Assembly: GCA_039680575.1 (NCBI GenBank)
Contig: JBDKSP010000050.1
Coordinates: 1-64,000 of the forward strand
Length of the DNA stretch: 64,000 nucleotides
From: Armatimonadota bacterium
GTDB taxonomy: Bacteria > Armatimonadota > UBA5829 > DTLH01
Direction: 5' to 3'
Within the stretch, counting starts at the first letter, position 1; the number at the start of each line of letters is the position of its first letter. The notes below the pieces were generated by a model. It did not search any database, was not told where the DNA came from, and saw only the letters and a program-made list of their open reading frames with translations. Both the position numbers and the translations under genes were made by a program. Positions 59,890 through 64,000 of this stretch are shown one piece after another.

Positions 59890-62610
59890 ATGATGAAATC
59901 GATGAATCAAAGCAGAGTGCAGCTTGGGAACGAGCAGGGACAGTCACTGGTGATTGCAATCATAGTGATGTTTTTGCTCGCGTTCATCAGCGTAGTGTTT
60001 GTCGTGCTCGTCGCCCGGAACCAGGGTCGCGCCGGACGGTCGAGGGACGTTATTACAGCGCAGTATCTGGCTGAAGCAGGCATACATTACGCGGATAATA
60101 TGCTCATGACCAGCGATGACGGCGCTGACTGGCGTCCTGCACCGGAGAATATGCCGGTGACCAGTTCCGACGGAGTGGATAACAAACTTCATCCCGATTT
60201 CAAATGGCTCAGGCCGTATTCCGCTGTCGAGGCTTCCGATGGCAGCACCGGACCGACCGGAGGATTCACCACCTTCAGGATGGGAGAAGGCAGATACCTG
60301 CTCCGTGTAAGTTATAACCCGGACCCGAAAGACTCGATGTCCAAGTATATCAAGATCGAGTCCATCGGACGGATAGGCACCGTCGAAAGTGACGACCCCA
60401 CAACCTGGGACAGCAACGTACGCCTCCGCAGGGAACTTACCGCCTATAAACCAATCGGTATTACGGACTATCTCAGGTTCGTGACTAACCTGGAGAAACG
60501 TTCGACGGATATTCCGCTTGGCGCTGCCGGGTTCAATGTAAAATACGGCAGCGAAACAACAGCGGGAGAGGGTGTCCGTGGAGCGCCAATCAGAGTAAAC
60601 GGCAATCTTGAGTGGTATGGCAATCGGATAGACCTGGTGCTGAGAGGAACAAGTTATCAAAACGGCGCAAGCCCTGAGTACACGCCGCTCGATATGGTGG
60701 AAGTTGCTGGAACGATCAAACATGAAGAGATCGACATTAACGACAGCAGCCAGCCGGTCCCTATAACGCTTTTTGAAGTAATCAACGACGGCACAGCGAA
60801 CAGTTATCCTGTTTACCCATCGGATTATACTCAGCCGTTTACTACGGTGTATGGTTTTTACCGAGACGGCTCCGACAGCCCGGATGTAGACAAACAGGCC
60901 AGAGGCATCAAGCGGCTGGAGCCTCCGCTCCTGGACGACGATGACACGCCTACCAAGGTTTCGAGGTATGTAGCGCTTACGCGCGACTCCGGTATATGGC
61001 TTCAGCAGGGCTGGGGGGATCAAAAATGGGTGAACAGCGGCCGTTACGGCTGGGGACAAGGCATCTATATCGATAACAGCGATGACATTCAGCAGGAAAG
61101 TGAGACCCTTTTCGGAGGTTATACTCCAAGGGCGGACTGGATGAAGCCGAACAACGATATGTCAGCCTATTGGCAGGGGCCGTATTACGTCCCGCCAGGC
61201 GTTGTCATTACCTTGAACCCCTATGATACGGATGGAGACGAACAGCCGGATATTACGATCACAAGGACTGACATCAAGAGTAAGAAGAGCGACAATCTTT
61301 ACGGCAAGAAATCGGTCTGGTACAACTCTTTCGGAGTGCCGATGAACGATAAGGGTTCGACCATAACCATCCCTTATCCGCAAGGGACGCAGACGTTCAC
61401 TCATTACAATATAGACAATAACGGAAACAAGACAGATCAGGAAATAACCATCGACCGAAACGGCGTTATCTATGCCGAGGGTAATGTACGTATCAAAGGC
61501 ATGCTGCCCAAAGACAAGCAGCTTACGGTGGTCTCCGGCGGGATCATCTATGTGGAAGGCAATATACTGAAGTATCGCGACGAAGAAGGTAATGTCGATC
61601 CCACTTCCGCAATATCGCTTCTCGCCAAGCAGTACGTCTGTGTAAATACTACTCAGTTCGTATCGCTCCTGTCATCGCTCGGTCCGACTTCCATCGCATC
61701 GGATTCGGGAACAGGGCAGCCGCCGTACCACCTGATAGTGACGCCGGAACCATCGACTACGTTCTTCTCGTCGTTCTCGTTCGGTCCGTCGAGCGGAAGC
61801 TGGCAGACAGGTGACGATGCGATGCTTTTCGTAAGGCACGCCGGACAATATGGTCCGTCATATATCAATATGTGGCTCAATCGAGGAAGCGGCACAGATG
61901 GGCTTCTTTCGATCGGGCAGAATAACCAGTATCTGCCGCCGGAGTGGGTCTATGGCTGCGGCGACCCGCGCTATTGCCCGGAGGGCACAGGGCTTTCGAG
62001 CCTGTTCGAGCATAAAATATTCGATACTTCGAATGGGTTCGATAAGTCAAGGCTGGATTACTCTATCGGAAGGCCGAACTATTTCGAGATTGCGCTCGAT
62101 CAGTCATCGTACGCCAGGAATAACTATCTATTGTCGGCTTTTACCATACAGCCGATGGATGTTCGCATCGAAGCGGTCATGTATGCTCAGAACAGGTCGT
62201 TTTTCATCATCCCAGGCAACTGGTTCAACATGAACGCTGCAGATACCGGCAAGGACGGGTACCGGCCTCGTGGTGTAGATCCCAAGTGGCCGCTTTACGG
62301 GCAGCCGCTCGATACCAAGATCACCATAGATGGAGCGATTACCGAAAACCTGCCTGCATCCGTTGGAGATGTAAGCGAGTGGTATTCGAAGTGGAGCAAC
62401 ATACCCGCTAAGTATGGTACGAGTGACATTTCAACGGCGCATCCAGGTGATGGCCTTACGTTCCTTTACGATCCGATGGTCGGCTGGCCTGTATATGAAA
62501 ACAGCGGGGTAATGACGCCGGTCCGCAAGGACGATTATGACCGACCGCTTCCCATTACGCCGCGTCTGCCTGTTTGCAGGTCGCTTTACTATTATGGAGA
62601 GCCTACATAA
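59890..62610 (+). CDS. Very large PilX/GspK-like pilin (906 aa)
   Basis: QG|QSLVIAIIVMFLL without Glu5; AQYLAEAGIHYA and IKIESIG; YAEGNV/YVEGNI repeats. Confidence 0.82.
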   Translation: MMKSMNQSRVQLGNEQGQSLVIAIIVMFLLAFISVVFVVLVARNQGRAGRSRDVITAQYLAEAGIHYADNMLMTSDDGADWRPAPENMPVTSSDGVDNKLHPDFKWLRPYSAVEASDGSTGPTGGFTTFRMGEGRYLLRVSYNPDPKDSMSKYIKIESIGRIGTVESDDPTTWDSNVRLRRELTAYKPIGITDYLRFVTNLEKRSTDIPLGAAGFNVKYGSETTAGEGVRGAPIRVNGNLEWYGNRIDLVLRGTSYQNGASPEYTPLDMVEVAGTIKHEEIDINDSSQPVPITLFEVINDGTANSYPVYPSDYTQPFTTVYGFYRDGSDSPDVDKQARGIKRLEPPLLDDDDTPTKVSRYVALTRDSGIWLQQGWGDQKWVNSGRYGWGQGIYIDNSDDIQQESETLFGGYTPRADWMKPNNDMSAYWQGPYYVPPGVVITLNPYDTDGDEQPDITITRTDIKSKKSDNLYGKKSVWYNSFGVPMNDKGSTITIPYPQGTQTFTHYNIDNNGNKTDQEITIDRNGVIYAEGNVRIKGMLPKDKQLTVVSGGIIYVEGNILKYRDEEGNVDPTSAISLLAKQYVCVNTTQFVSLLSSLGPTSIASDSGTGQPPYHLIVTPEPSTTFFSSFSFGPSSGSWQTGDDAMLFVRHAGQYGPSYINMWLNRGSGTDGLLSIGQNNQYLPPEWVYGCGDPRYCPEGTGLSSLFEHKIFDTSNGFDKSRLDYSIGRPNYFEIALDQSSYARNNYLLSAFTIQPMDVRIEAVMYAQNRSFFIIPGNWFNMNAADTGKDGYRPRGVDPKWPLYGQPLDTKITIDGAITENLPASVGDVSEWYSKWSNIPAKYGTSDISTAHPGDGLTFLYDPMVGWPVYENSGVMTPVRKDDYDRPLPITPRLPVCRSLYYYGEPT

Positions 62611-62666
62611 CTGCCGGCGGAGCTGTTTCTGCCGGATTGGAGTTTTATAAAAAGGTGTGCAGCCAA

Positions 62667-64000
62667 ATGATACGCAAAATTTCATATTCAGCGATAGCCG
62701 CAGTGATTTTAACCATACTGCTCGCGCAGATTGCATTCGCAGGCGCGCAGACATATGTCGATAAACAGCATGTCATCAATGCTGGGGTGCTGCTTCCGAG
62801 GTTGTCCACAAATCTGAAACTGGATGTCGGGGCGAAAGCTCCGTACATTTTTTATATAATGGGGCTGAGGGACGACATCAAGCCGCATGGCTGGACATTC
62901 GTTAACCCGTTGGCAGGCGGCAAAGATTCCTATTACAAGAACTATAGGAAGTATTGGGAAGTCTCGTTGGCACAAACTACTTACGAGAACCTCGCTAAGT
63001 TCGACATACTCTATATGAATGCGGACGAAGCTGTGAGGTTTCCGATGGCCGATAGAGACAAACTCCGCAGATATGTGGATGGCGGAGGGTGCCTCTGGGT
63101 GGATAACGGCGGGAATATGACATTCCCCAGCGGTACGAACGCCGTGGACGAGTTCTTCCTTCCCGGCCTGAATTTCACATCGGGCGGCGGCGGGACTCCG
63201 ATGCTTCTGCAGACGCTTCACCCGCTGGTCACGACGCCTTTTAAATTGAGTTCGTATGAGCTTGCTTCACTCAGCTCGACTTCCAAGGCCATAAACCCAG
63301 GGTACGACTCAAGCTTCGGATCGATTCCCAGCCCTACCACGCTTTCGTCGATCCTGGTCTCCACCAGCGGCAGCGGGCTCAGCAATGATCCGCCTACCAT
63401 TGCTGCAATAGAATATGGCAGTGGCAGGGTGGTATTTACATCCGGTTTCATAGGCGGAAATATCCAGAGTCCGGTGATCAACTGGTCGAGCGTTCCCGAT
63501 TACATGAATGTCAATTCGACTGACGTTAACGTGATGGCCGCTATTCCGGCTAACGTAAGGTTTGCCTATAATGTCGTCGGATACGCGACGTCCTACACAA
63601 CTTTCAGAAAAGAATACCGCCGTACGGGTTATTCCGTAGAGACTCTTGGCGCGCCGCTTCTGAAGCAATGGAACTGCAGCAAAGCGATCAGCAGGGGAGA
63701 CATAGAGAACAGCCCTGTTATCTGGAAAGGTATCATATTCTACTCATCAGGTAATACACTCTATGCGATGGATTCCAAGCCGGATAACGACATAGATATG
63801 AACGGTGTTACGGATGACGGCGTGACCGATGCGGCAAATGCTGACTGCGATGTGATCTGGAGTTATGATTGCCCGGACGAGATTTCCAGCCCGACAGTGG
63901 TGACAATGATCGATCCGCGCGCCGATCCGATCGAGCCGAGGGATTTCGTGCTTGTTACCTGCAAGGATGGGCATGTATATGTGTTCGATGCCCTATCATC
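62667..64000 (+). CDS. Secreted multidomain protein with PQQ-like beta-propeller repeats, PilY1 position; runs off the window end
   Basis: Translated by hand, open for 444 codons. Sec signal MIRKISYSAIAAVILTILLAQIAFA; LRRYVDGGGCLWVD and YGSGRVV; SPVIWKG..LYAMD, DIDMNG, SSPTV..DGHVYVFDA. Confidence 0.8.
   Translation, partial: MIRKISYSAIAAVILTILLAQIAFAGAQTYVDKQHVINAGVLLPRLSTNLKLDVGAKAPYIFYIMGLRDDIKPHGWTFVNPLAGGKDSYYKNYRKYWEVSLAQTTYENLAKFDILYMNADEAVRFPMADRDKLRRYVDGGGCLWVDNGGNMTFPSGTNAVDEFFLPGLNFTSGGGGTPMLLQTLHPLVTTPFKLSSYELASLSSTSKAINPGYDSSFGSIPSPTTLSSILVSTSGSGLSNDPPTIAAIEYGSGRVVFTSGFIGGNIQSPVINWSSVPDYMNVNSTDVNVMAAIPANVRFAYNVVGYATSYTTFRKEYRRTGYSVETLGAPLLKQWNCSKAISRGDIENSPVIWKGIIFYSSGNTLYAMDSKPDNDIDMNGVTDDGVTDAANADCDVIWSYDCPDEISSPTVVTMIDPRADPIEPRDFVLVTCKDGHVYVFDALS

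Noticed and set aside
58130..59959. 609-aa minus-strand ORF
   Set aside because: Antisense shadow of the 594-aa pilin caused by codon bias; no recognisable domain
59944..61059. 371-aa minus-strand ORF
   Set aside because: Antisense shadow of the 906-aa pilin

Overview
Chromosomal segment, most likely from an anaerobic member of the Armatimonadota or a similar diderm. This is inferred from a PEP-CTERM protein together with Firmicutes-style gene orders, [FeFe]-hydrogenase maturases and a corrinoid/RACo pair. The first ~20 kb is accessory: a PEP-CTERM protein, a B12 radical SAM enzyme, an ECF sigma factor fused to a degenerate ThiL-like domain, a Cu ATPase, twin FIST sensors with a hybrid kinase, a degenerate GH94, a large secreted PDZ protein and MscS. 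The middle holds corrinoid protein/RACo, remA-gmk-coaBC-metK-priA-def-fmt, hydG and hydE split by a sialidase/aldolase pair, a DehI-like protein and a REC-PAS-RsbT-type kinase. Next is alaS-X-ruvX-mltG-yqeG-aroE. The window ends in a type IV pilus locus (pilB-pilT-pilC-pilD) followed by unusually large pilin-like proteins and a truncated beta-propeller adhesin candidate. Several families of palindromic, partly nested intergenic repeats are present. I found no rRNA, tRNA, CRISPR array or intact transposase. All calls come from motif recognition by eye; no searches were run.
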